64,000 nt of DNA from Conger conger (Eukaryota), in NCBI RefSeq assembly GCF_963514075.1, contig NC_083776.1:18886415-18950414 (forward strand), written 5' to 3'. Position 1 is the stretch's first letter. Each line of letters begins with the position of its first letter. Of the stretch, positions 39,968 to 50,660 are shown piece by piece. The translations under genes were made by a program, and so were the position numbers. Under the pieces are notes generated by a model. That model was not told the DNA's origin. It worked only from the letters and a program-made list of their open reading frames with translations, and did not search any database.

Positions 39968-41544
39968 CAGTGCATCCGGAAAGTATTCACAGCGCTTCAC
40001 TTTTCCCACATTTTGTTATGTTACAGCCTTATTCCCAGATTGATTAAATTCATTTTTTTCCTCCAAATTCTACACACAATACCCCATAATGACAACGTGA
40101 AAAAAGTTTTTTTGAGATTTGAGATTTGCAAATTTATTAAAAAAAGAAAACTAAGAAACATAAGTACATAAGTATTCGCAGCCTTTGCCATGAAGCTCAA
40201 AATTGAGCTCAGGTGCATCCTGTTTCCACTGATCAACCTTGAGATGTTTCTACAGCTTAACTGGAGTCCACCTGTGGTAAATTCAGTTGATTGGACATGA
40301 TTTGGAAAGGCACACACCTGTCTATATAAGGTCCCACAGTTGACAGTGCATGTCAGAGCACAAACCAAGCACGAAGTCAAAGAATCGTCTGTAGACCTCT
40401 GAGACAGGATTGTCTCGAGGCACAAATCTGGGGAAGGGTACAGGAAAATTTCTGCTGCTTTGAAGGTCCCAATGAGCACAGTGGCCTCCATCATCCGTAA
40501 ATGGAAGAAGTTTGGAATCACCAGGACTCTTCCTAGAGCTGGCCGCCCGTCTAAACTGAGCAATCGGGGGAGAAGGGCCTTAGTCAGGGAGGTGACCAAG
40601 AACCCGATGGTCACTCTGTCAGAGCTCCAGCGTTCCTCTGTAGAGAGAGGAGAACCTTCCAGAAGGACAACCATCTCTGCAGCAATCCACCAATCAGGCC
40701 TGTATGGTAGGGTGGCCAGACGGAAGCCACTCCTTCGTAAAAAGCACATGGCAGCCCGCCTGGAGTTTGCCAAAAGGCACCTGAAGGACTCTCAGACCAT
40801 GAGAAACAAAATTCTCTGGTCTGATGAGACAAAGATTGAACTCTTTGGTGTGAATGCCAGGTGTCATGTTTGGAGGAAACCAGGCACCGCTCATCACCTG
40901 GCCAATACCATCCCTACAGTGAAGCATGGTGGTGGCAGCATCATGCTGTGGGGATGTTTTTCAGCGGCAGGAACTGGGAGATTGGTCAGGATTGAGGGAA
41001 AGGTCAATGCAGCAATGTACAGAGACATCCCGGATGAAAATCTGCTCCAGAGCGCTCTTGACCTCAGACAGGGGCGACGGTTCATCTTTCGGCAGGACAA
41101 TGACCCTAAGCACACAGCCAAGATATCAAAGGAGTGGCTTCAGAACAACTCTGTGAATGCCCTTGAGTGGCCCAGCCAGAGCCCAGACTTGAATCCGATC
41201 ATCTCTGGAGACATCTGAAAATGGCTGTGCACCGACGCTCCCCATCCAACCTGATGGAGCTTGAGAGGTGCTGCAAAGAGGAATGGGCGAAACTGCCCAA
41301 AGATAGGTGTGCCAAGCTTGTGGCATCATATTCAAAAAGACTTGAGGCTGTAATTGCTGCCAAAGGTGCATCAACAAAGTATTGAGCAAAGGCTGTGAAT
41401 ACTTATGTACATGTGATTTCTTAGGTTTTTATTTTTAATAAATTTGCAAAAATTTCAAAAAAACTTTTTCCATTATGGAATAAGGCTGTAACATAACAAA
41501 ATGTGGGAAAAGTGAAGCGCTGTGAATACTTTACGGATGCACTG
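39968..41544 (+). mobile_element. Tc1-like DNA transposon, ~1577 bp, flanked by TA target-site duplications, with terminal inverted repeats of about 70 bp (TACAGTGCATCCGGAAAGTATTCACAGCGCTTCACTTTTCCCACATTTTGTTATGTTACAGCCTTATTCC). The transposase is corrupted. It is inserted in pspc1 intron 2, antisense to pspc1.
   Basis: The left end at 39968 and the right end at 41470-41544 are reverse complements, with the right end carrying one mismatch (c->a); TA at 39966-67 and 41545-46. Internal ORFs 40460..41218 and 41167..41385 carry the DDE-transposase hallmarks (ILWSDETKIELFG, NTIPTVKHGGGSIMLWGCF, DNDPKHTAK, LEWPSQSPDLNPI, EEWAKLP...KRLEAVIAAKGASTKY). Confidence 0.9.
40330..41388 (+). pseudogene. Tc1 transposase coding region, inactivated. 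There is an in-frame stop near the N-terminal HTH region and a frameshift near 41215 that splits the DDE domain over two ORFs.
   Basis: ORF 40460..41218 (252 aa) and ORF 41167..41385 (72 aa) lie in different frames. An upstream ATG at about 40351 is followed by TAG after 14 codons. Confidence 0.8.
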
Positions 41545-42804
41545 TATACCAGCAAGATGATCTCAGTCTCTGAAAGACTTACAGAAGGTTACAGAGGTTC
41601 TGTAAATTAAATAACCTGCTGAATGGTGACAGGAAGCTGCCATCTAGCTGACAAACCATAACTATTTTAAGTGATTCACTTACTTCAGCTGTCTTAACCT
41701 CAAGACCATCTAGTTACTCCAAAGTTCCTTAGGTTTTCTGTTCAACTTTTCTGTTCAACTTGGCCAACTCACATTAAATATTTATGCAAAACTGTCTTCA
41801 AAAAATAAATAAATAATACAATTTAACCCTACATTTATTAGAGGGGGGTTTCTACTTCAGATCATCAAATGACCTGAATCACTATTTTTAAAAAGGTGAG
41901 GGAAAACATATGCAAAGTATGCAGCATTTTCAAGCTATAGGTTTTTCTACCTCCTCACTGAGCCAGCCAACTCATTAAGTACAAATACAGCGTCATTTAA
42001 AATGTTAATTAGCCTTTACACTACGGAAGTGGCTTCTTCAGCCCGCAGCACTTAAGCAATGACATTTGTTCCCGCAAGACTACATAAAACAGCAGGAGCT
42101 GTACTCCAGATTAGCTTCTGTACAGACTGCGAAGGAATAGAAGCTTGTAATGTAGTTGGCCTGACAGGAGGCTTCCTTTGTGCAAATTTGATTAGCACGT
42201 CTACTTCATTTAATTAAGCGAGCTAGCGATGGGACAAATCTAGACAAAACATTTTCACGATGTTGCAGAAATATACTGCCAATGCCATAACATGTAACAT
42301 AGTGAGACCACTGTTATCTGGGATTAAAGCACCATCCAGTTTTAAACGGTACCATAATACCTGGAAAAGCAGACACTATAGGGAGGTAAAGCGGACGTTT
42401 TGAGAACTAAACCTCCGGTAAACTGCTCCCTATTAACTCAAGAGGCGAAAGCTAAATATAAGCAAACTACGTAGCGCTGAAGTCTGGGTTCAAAGTATGA
42501 GTTTCATGGTATAATTACATAGCTATATGCTGAATATAAATTCGTAGAAAGTCCTGTTTAGCATTTTTACACCTTTAAGACTGGCTAAAACTCAGTCTCT
42601 CATAATGCTGTCCCTTTCTTCCACAATTGGACCATCCTAATGCCACAGACAGTGGTGTCTGTATTCATTCATCATCCCGACTCATGCAATTTAAAATTCT
42701 GACTTTACCAGCATGATTTGAACACAAGCAACAACAAGGCTGCCACGCTAGACAGAGACTGCCACGCTAGACAGAGACTGCCACGCTAGATTTTTTCCAC
42801 TCAC

Positions 42805-43106
42805 GTGGTCAGTAGAAGGGCTCCATCTGCACAACGTTCCAACGCCTTCCGGGCAGCGGGTTTTGAAGCAAACTCCACAAATCCTTTGCCAGTCGGCCTG
42901 CCACGGTCGTCAACCACAACGATGGCCCTCTCCACCGGGCCGAACTGGGCAAAGGCCTGCTCCAGGAGCTCGTTGGAGACCACAGGGGAGAGGTTCCGCA
43001 CCGTCAGCGCCGCTCCGTGTGTGGCGAAGCGGATCCGGATCGGCCTGTTCCTCATGACCGTTCCATCCAGCTCAGCCTTCGCGATCTCTGCCAGCGTCCT
43101 GGTTTC
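42805..43106 (-). CDS. pspc1: pspc1 exon 2 ([101 protein letters not shown]), which is RRM2.
   Basis: Anchored to ORF 42801..43118(-). Acceptor gtgtgtgtgcag| and donor ACCAC|gtgagtgg. 302 nt. Closely matches human PSPC1 [101 protein letters not shown]. Confidence 0.9.
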
Positions 43107-44149
43107 CTGCACACACACAGACCAACGTTAAATCATTACATTCGGTTCTGCAACAATGGAGTCCCAAACTGTATTCTACATAACAAAAGCATTAACAGCA
43201 ATGTCACCAAGGAGGTTTATTTTCAGGAAAGGCTAGTTTAGTCTAGCTAGTTGTACATTTCATGGCTGCGTATCATAACATAGTCAGGGTTATAAGATGC
43301 AAGGAAAGAATAAGAAAAGTATGTCTGGGAGTGATGCCCTTGGGTGATTGAGTTAGATGCAATTGTTTGCAATTGCTCAATTGCCTCCTTAAGGCAGGCA
43401 GAAGAGAGCTGTCAGCACCTAGTCTTTCGATCACCTTTGGAAACTATCATTGCTATTGATCAACATGAGGACCAAAGTCATGCCAATGAAAGCCAAAGTC
43501 TGTCATGGTCTGGTGGTGACTGTCTCAAGCCTGCCCTCATGGCTGTGTTGGCCACTGCCTGTTTCCCTTAGCTATATTGCCATAGCCTTATTCTACCTGG
43601 GTTTTCCTTATCGTACATGGGCACCTCTCTCACCTGCTCTGCTTGACCAATTACCATCTGAAACCACTAACAATGTTTCTTTCTTCCCTTCCCTGCTCTG
43701 GGCACCTGCCCGGAGCTCTACCAAGTTTCCTGAGCACCCCCTCCTGGCCCAGAGCTCCAGCCCAAGACCAGCTGTGCACCCCCCTCCTGCCTCTGCTGAT
43801 TCAGCTGTAGCACCAAGTCTGTCGCCTTGCCTGACAGTGCCACCCTTTAGTGTTCCTGCCATCTCTCTACATGACATTTCCTTGGACATAATTAATTCAG
43901 ATTGGATATTTATGTACTTAATGAATCTATCTATATGTAAAACCATTTTTTTACAACAAACTGGTGTCAACCAGCAGCAGAAGGGGACCTCCAAGGTTCT
44001 GCTCAAGGTTTCTTCCTGTTAGCTAGGGAGTTTTTCCTTGCCACTGTTGCCCGAGGTGTACTCTTGGGAGCCAGTTCTCTGTAATGCTGCTTTGTTAAAA
44101 GCGCTATACAAATAAAAATTGATTAATTGAAAATTTCATGAACAGAAAT

Positions 44150-44620
44150 ACAGATGCAAACCACTGGTTAGCCACAGAAACAGGATGGCCAGGTTATAGT
44201 TTGCCAAGAAGTACAACCAGAGTTCTGGAAAAAGGTCTTGTGCACAGATGAGACAACGCTTAACTTATATCCGAGTGATGGCAAGCGCAAAGTATGGAGG
44301 AGAGAAGAAACAGCCCAAAATCCAAAGCATACCACCTTATCTGTGAAACTGTGTGGCTGTTGAAGGTACTGGCCCCTTTATCTTCATTGGTGATCGAACT
44401 GCTGATGGTTGTATCAAAATGAATGAGTGTATTGACACATACTATCTGCTCAAGTTCAAGCGAATGCCTCAACTCATTGGCCGCCAGTTCATTTTCCAGC
44501 AAGACAATTATCCCAAACATACTATTAAAGCAACAAAGGAGTTTTTAGGAATGGCCAAGTCAATCACCTGATCTGAACCCATTTAAGCATGGCTTTCATA
44601 TGCTGAAGAGAAGTACAGAG
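44150..44620 (+). mobile_element. Degenerate Tc1/mariner-type transposase remnant (...WSDETTLNLYPSDGKRKVWRRE...GTGPFIFIGDRTADGCIKMNECIDTYYLLKFKRMPQLIGRQFIFQQDNYPKHTIKATKEFL...SPDLNPFKHGFHMLKRS), with multiple frameshifts and stops.
   Basis: ORF 44353..44571 plus neighbouring frames. The DDE motif pattern QQDN.PKHT is present. It lies in pspc1 intron 1. Confidence 0.6.
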
Positions 44621-45849
44621 GCAAATAAATAAGTGATGGGTCTTTGTCCCAAACATTACAGATGGAGACTTAAAATGCAGTGTTTCCACAAGTTGTCCCA
44701 GTACTGTATCCAATTTACATAAACAACCTTTGGTGCAGATCACTTAAATGTGCGACTGATCATTTACTGCTGGTGACTGTGATGGGAACAGAGTCAGATT
44801 TGTAGAACAAATCTGCAAAAGTACTGAACAAATCCCTACCACAGTCACAACAAGGAAACATGAGCTGATTCTTTTTGAATCCGAGAGCAGTACACCAATC
44901 AGCTGATGAGGCAGTGTTGGTTCTTCCTATATCCACAGCAGGCATGGAATTAAATTTTAGTTTCATGAAGAGAATCAAAATAAGCTTAAAGGGGGCAGCG
45001 ATTTGAGGTAGTGAGAAGCAGGCTGAATACAGAGAAGAGGGTAAGGAGGAAGTGAACTATCTCCAAATCATTCACTTGTGTGATGCACACAGGACATAGG
45101 AGTTGTAAGAATGTGTATATAGTTTTCCAATAAACGGATTACCCTGGAGAGCTACTGCTTAAAAGACTTGGTTTATATTTGCAGATGTTTTTAAAACAAT
45201 CTGTTCAGGACAGTAGACATTCAGTTCAGGACAGTGGACGTTTTTATATTGCAATTGTTTTGTATTGAAAATTTCAATAAAACAATATTTTGTCACGGTC
45301 CACTTACATTTTAGTCATTTGGCAGACGCTTTTAATCCAAAGCGACTTACAAGTGTATAGGTTGTACCATAAGTCAAAGCATCACATCCAGAACTAGCAA
45401 AATACACATGAAATGCTGTTCTAAACATACACTTCCTGGTAACACAACTTTAATTTCATAACCTGCAGGACTTTGGTGAGACTTGAGCTGCAGTGGTAGT
45501 CCAAGATTTACCACTGCAGACTCCCACTCACTGGGGACTAATGACATCTACTGGCCGTTTTATCAATACCCAGAGACATCACTGGTGATGCAACCCCCCG
45601 CCCCGCATTTTACATGGCCACTGAAGTTTTCATTTACAACAAGAAATAGCAATACAACACATGGTGGAGATGGTCCTTATTGCACTAAAAACATTTCAAC
45701 ACTATCACTGCCACATAGCATCCAGCCGAACAATGACATAGCTCCTACAAAAAAAATCAATGGCCCTGTGACAGAGATCTGGCTGTAATCCCAGTACTCA
45801 TCTTTACCTATGGAGCAAAGCTTGAGATGCTGAAATAACAGCCCACCTC

Positions 45850-46090
45850 CATTACATTACATTACATTACATTACATTACATTATTGGCATTTGGCAGAC
45901 ACTCTTATCCAGAGCGACGTACAGTTCATTAGACTAAGCAGGAGACAATCCCCCCTGGAGCAATACAGGGTTAAGGGACTTTCCCAAGGGCCCAATGGCT
46001 GTGCGGATCTTATTGTGGCTACACCGGGAATCGAACCACCAACCGTGCGGATCCCAGTCATGTACCTTAACCACTACGCTACAGGCCGCC
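45850..46090 (-). mobile_element. tRNA-derived SINE, full length, minus orientation (head GGCGGCCTGTAGCGTAGTGGTTAAGGTACATGACTGGGATCCGCACGGTTGGTGGTTCGATTCCCGG...; tail (TAATG)n).
   Basis: A and B boxes are read on the reverse complement. On the plus strand there is a (CATTA)7 tail at 45850-45885. ORFs 45892..46110 and 45934..46119 are translation artefacts of it. Confidence 0.75.
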
Positions 46091-46389
46091 TGTCGAATGA
46101 CCACATCTAATGCCGACATCTGTTTGAAAAACAGAACTGACGCACTGAAAATATGAGTGTTCTATTTCACAAGCTGCACTGGTTTCATATAAATAATCTT
46201 ATTCTTCTTATGTAGGTAAACATATACAAATTACTGAGACACTTTTATTGCCTATGTACATAAACATGAACATGAACAGACACAAACTTATTGAGCATAA
46301 GTACCCCCACCAACATTTTGCATTGGAACACATCTTAAATAAGACTTTAAAAATGGACTTCTAATGTCACTGTGATGGTCAATTATATT

Positions 46390-46580
46390 ACAGTTACTTA
46401 GCTGATGCTTTTATCCAAAGTGACTGACAGTTGATTAGGCTAAGCAGGGGACAAGCCCCCCTGATGCAATGTGGGGTTAAGGGCCTTGCTCAAGGGCCCC
46501 AACAGCTGTGCAGATCTTATCGTGGCTACACCTGGGCCTGAATCACCAACGTTCCAGGTCCCAGTCCCAAAGCATATCTC
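46390..46580 (-). mobile_element. Divergent, 5'-truncated copy of the same SINE family.
   Basis: ttagctgatgcttttatccaaagtgactgacagttgattaggctaagcaggggacaagcccccctgatgcaatgtggggttaagggccttgctcaagggcccc aligns to the 45850 and 29003 copies. Confidence 0.6.
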
Positions 46581-48720
46581 ACCACAACCAGATTCACCGG
46601 GAGAAAGCCAGATGCTGCCATTTTAAACCATGACATTTAGTGATGGATCAAGCTCATGCCAATATAGCTCCAAAGCGACCAACGAATAAAGCACACTACT
46701 GATGTCAACAGAAAATGTTACAGTGATCCCTCAAGCACAGCAAGGTTCATCTCTGGATAGATGACAGAGTCATTTTGAATATTAGCGAGGGCTGCACGAT
46801 ATATTGTATATTTACTACATTAATTTATCGAGATATGAACATGCAAGATAAACATATCGCAAAAGACTGCTTGAAATGCGATGAATAGTATTTATTTAAA
46901 TTTCTATTCCATTAAACTGATTAGTTGTTCATCTGCAATCTGTTCAATGTCGAAAATAATGTATTCATTTTATTTTTTTATTCATTTTTTATTCGGTTCA
47001 GTAGGCTATTCATTATCAGGGTTCTATGTTAGCAGTGCTCCAAAAGCAGAAAGGCATTAGAACTGTGCACACCTCAATATTTGTATGTTCATCGCAATAT
47101 TCAACAATTACCAATTTAGCGACCACAAAGCTGACATTTCACCAAGTTCACTTGCATCAAGAAAGCAGCATTCGTAAAATTGCAAAGATAGGTCTGAAAT
47201 CTCAAAACCAGACAATGGAACACTTAACAACTTGAGCCACATTATCTCTCATGGTAAATCAGAATTTTATTAAACTACCCAATGTTTACTAAACTTTTAT
47301 GCAACGTCTGTTTTTGCAATATTACACTCTGAAGAGAACGTTTCTCGACATTTAGTCATAGTAACAAGAACTGCATAAAACCACTTTGACGGCAAATGCT
47401 GCCGTTTGCGGTACAGCCTTCAGGTCATATGATGACCACTTGAGCTAAGTGTTGAGCATAGAGACTTGGAACCAAAATCTAAATAACATTTTTTGGAATG
47501 TGTCATAGCCCAGTTGAGCACATCCTTACTCTCCTGGTATTTCTAAGGTTGTGGCTTTGATTGATTGATTGATTGATTATATTTGGTCACATAAACATAA
47601 TACCAAGTTGCACTCACCAGCAAAGAGGTGGAAAAACTAATCAGATTTGACAAATCTCTCCCCTTCACTTTGGCAGCAAATATCGCTAATATCCGAATTA
47701 TTTTGGTTTCCAATGGCACAATGATAAATATTCTTCCAAAGCCAAGCAAGACAAATAATCTAGTGTTCAGATGCCAAGATTTCATTTATTGAATGTTTGC
47801 ATAAGAGGTCGTAAATTAACAGAATTTGTTGACAATGTGAAAGGGTGGAGGCAAAAGTGAGAATCAAGCTTTTGTCTAATGATAATTTTGTTCAACTCAT
47901 ATACATCAATGATGAAGACAACTTTCTCCAGTGCTCTAAAGTGTTAAATGTGTTTACTATTTTGAGATGCTAACACAGGTGACAAGCACATATTTTCACC
48001 CACTGGAGTTCTGGAGGCAGTATGATAGTGGATAACGGCACTGAGTACTGTATGCATCATCTTTCCTGCAATGCTGGAGCAAATAAGCAACATTTAAACC
48101 ATCCCTTGCCCTCTACTGCACCGGGAGCATCTATTCGTACTTTGTCTGGTCATACTCAGCACTGGCACGTTGAGAATTTAGCTAATCGTGGCATAAGGTC
48201 ACATTACCTCCCTGTGAGGAAATGCAGTTTTGCAAAAACAAAATAATTGAATCGAACAAGCAAAAAAAAAAAGAAAGAAAAAAAAGAAGATTTCAGAACT
48301 TGGACAAGGTGCTACAACGTCATCATATCAAAGCTAGATTCTTTAATTATATTCTAATTATCATGCTGTAATCATAAACTTGCATGCGTGTCTGTGGTTC
48401 AATGAAATGAATACCTTTTTAAAAGACGGTACAGAACGGCCTCGCGCAGCCAAAGTCTTCCGTGCGCTGCTAGCCTAATCCTAATGCGCCATTGAAATGC
48501 TTGAGTGCTAATAGCTCAAGTAAACTAAGTTACTAAACCAATGTTTCATTGGTTTAGCTTGGTAGCTAACGTTAGCTTGGACAGTTAACCGACAAAACTT
48601 ACATATTTGTAGCCTAGAGTACAGTTAACTAGCTAACCTTACAGCTTGAAAACTCAATTCCAGTGCAGTTATTGCAGTTATTTCAAAATCAGAAAAAAAT
48701 CAATAAAAGCATAACGTTAC

Positions 48721-49092
48721 CAGTCGGATGAATCCAAATCCCCGGTCTCTGTTGATGAAGACTTCGTTGGCTTCTCCATATTTTGAGAACAGATTTTTGA
48801 AATCCTCCTCTGTCAAATCAGTAGGGAGATTTCCCACAAACAACCTGCATCGCTGAGTAAACGTTTTCTCTCCTGGTTTCCTGAAGCTTTTCAAGTCAAA
48901 TGTCATTTCAAGTGGCTCGCCAGCGTCAGATTCAGAAATGGGATCTGTATTTGACGTTGTTGGTCCCTCCATCTTTGGCCCTTGTTCAGCGGCTGGCGAT
49001 TCCGAATTGCGATTTGGGTTGTGGGGTCTGGGAGACGGAGAGTTGTTGTGTATATTAATCTGCTTAAGATTTCGGTTGGCCATGCTAGCCAT
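48721..49092 (-). CDS. pspc1: pspc1 first coding exon ([17 protein letters not shown]...[62 protein letters not shown]), the N-terminus plus RRM1. The start ATG is 49092-49090.
   Basis: ORF 48700..49092(-), with an in-frame TAA immediately upstream of the ATG. Donor CGACTG|gtaacg. Matches human PSPC1 MMLRGNLKQVRIEKN...[62 protein letters not shown]. Confidence 0.9.
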
Positions 49093-49221
49093 TTACACGA
49101 TATTTCGGAGTTATTATTTTAAAATTATAAACTATATTTCCGGCGAACTGAAAGTAAAGTATACGGAGGAGCAAGTATGCTGGTGCACTGCTCCGCAGCC
49201 TGCAAAAGGTGCCTGTTTTTC

Positions 49222-49232
49222 CAAGATGGCGT
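49222..49232. promoter_or_regulatory. YY1-like motif CCAAGATGGCG (core AAGATGGCG / CGCCATCTT) about 130 bp 5' of the pspc1 ATG.
   Basis: Direct reading. Motif knowledge only, with no functional evidence. Confidence 0.3.
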
Positions 49233-50479
49233 TTGGAACAGGAGCTACGTGTATAACGTGTTTCTCTGCGGCAACTAATACGTCATCGCGTACCTTGGGA
49301 AATATCTTCAGAAGATATGATTATGGTTATGGACAATTTCACAGTAAATGTACCATAAGCACGTTAGTTAAACACAGTATGCATCGCTTGCCACAAGGTT
49401 TTAAACTAATTTGGTCAAAATTAAATTGGTTAAATGTCTGTGTTGTCAAGTCAAATGCCAGTAGCCTACCATATAGATCAGTTTGTTCATAGGACTTGAT
49501 GTAATATACATATGTTGTGTTAGAGTGCCAACACAAATATATAAAATTATACGGAATGAAAGTATTTGCTAAAAGAAAGCAGCGGTAAAACCATTCCACC
49601 GTAAATGTTAAAGGCTCTGGCATAGTACCATGTATACGAATGAGATTTGTTTTTGATGATAACTTTAAGAGTATTAACTACTGTTCTAAATAAGTCTTCG
49701 TTCAATTTCATGTTCCTTTGCATTTTATTGTTTGTGAAGTGCAGTACAGTCACACTATGTAGTAACTTTGCCCTGTACTGCATTCAGTTTGTAGTGCCTA
49801 GCCTTTACCGCTAGGCGGGGCTTATAAAACAAGCTACAGCTACGGTTTATTTTCTTCGGCGTCGCGACTTCATTCGATTTTTTTCCTAATATGAGTGTGT
49901 TCTTTAAATTCTGTGTTGCTGTTCATCCCTCACTGTAGAACCTCATAGTCCATTCTTTGTTATAAACAGATCGCTCTACTTTATTCTGTGTGTGTTGGTG
50001 TGGTGGTGGTGTAAACGCTGTTGTTAATAAAATACTGGATTTTGGCTAAACACACTGGTAACAGTTGTTGCATTGCCATAAAACACACAATTAGAAAACT
50101 GGCTGTAGGCATGAAGAAATCTTTTCAAAATAATGTAAAGCACTGAGTAATCAATGTAGTACTCACAATACTAACCACTGAACACATCAATGGCATTCAT
50201 GTCAGGAATTTGCGAGGGGTCCTGGCAGATTCAAATAGGCACATCTAATTTAAAGATTTTTTTTCATGCGTGCTTTCTGTGATTTTCACATTTCATATAC
50301 TGTGTTGACCTCCCTCGTTATATTTAAATAAGAAATTACCAATATTTTTATGTATGCAAACGACAGTATTCTATTTCCATGACCATCGTGAGAAGTCATG
50401 ATGTTCATACCATAGTTATAAACATTGCAGGACATTATCAAAATAATTAAACGTGAACCATACATAATTATGTAATTTA

Positions 50480-50660
50480 GCATTTACCTGTGGCCAACAA
50501 TTTTAACAGCGATATAATTATACAACACAGTGCGCCTGCGTGAAAGGCGAGAAAGGGAAAAGATCTTCGAACGTTGCTACGTTGTAGCGCATGCGCTAGG
50601 GTATTTGTGTCAAGGCACAGAAGTGGCGCTATATCGTTTGCAGATCGACTCGGGTAAGCA
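50480..50660. promoter_or_regulatory. Putative pspc1/zmym2 bidirectional promoter core. It is a local CpG cluster containing a perfect NRF1 palindrome GCGCATGCGC (about 50589-50598). A plus-strand donor CGACTCGG|gtaagc near 50655 marks a candidate zmym2 non-coding exon 1. A minus-strand donor (plus strand catttacctg = CAG|gtaaatg) near 50488 marks a candidate pspc1 5'-UTR exon.
   Basis: Direct reading of gtgcgcctgcgtgaaaggcgag...ctacgttgtagcgcatgcgctagggtatttg...cgtttgcagatcgactcgggtaagc. This is the only CpG-dense patch between the two divergent ATGs (49092 and 53692). Confidence 0.4.

Larger units (their letters stand above)
17602..49092 (-). other. pspc1: Gene model for pspc1 (paraspeckle component 1, DBHS family), 8 coding exons, ~508 aa. 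Join: 48721-49092, 42805-43106, 39711-39806, 38931-39127, 36725-36809, 35257-35362, 21770-21877, 17602-17862.
   Basis: All splice phases are consistent (372 + 302 + 96 + 197 + 85 + 106 + 108 + 258 = 1524 nt). RRM1-RRM2-NOPS-coiled-coil order is preserved. The PSPC1-specific residues ([53 protein letters not shown]) favour PSPC1 over NONO or SFPQ. Confidence 0.85.

Noticed and set aside
40021-40927. A 250 aa minus-strand ORF (40021..40773) and others antisense to the Tc1 transposase.
   Set aside because: They overlap the transposase on the opposite strand with no homology. The sense strand carries the recognisable DDE motifs.
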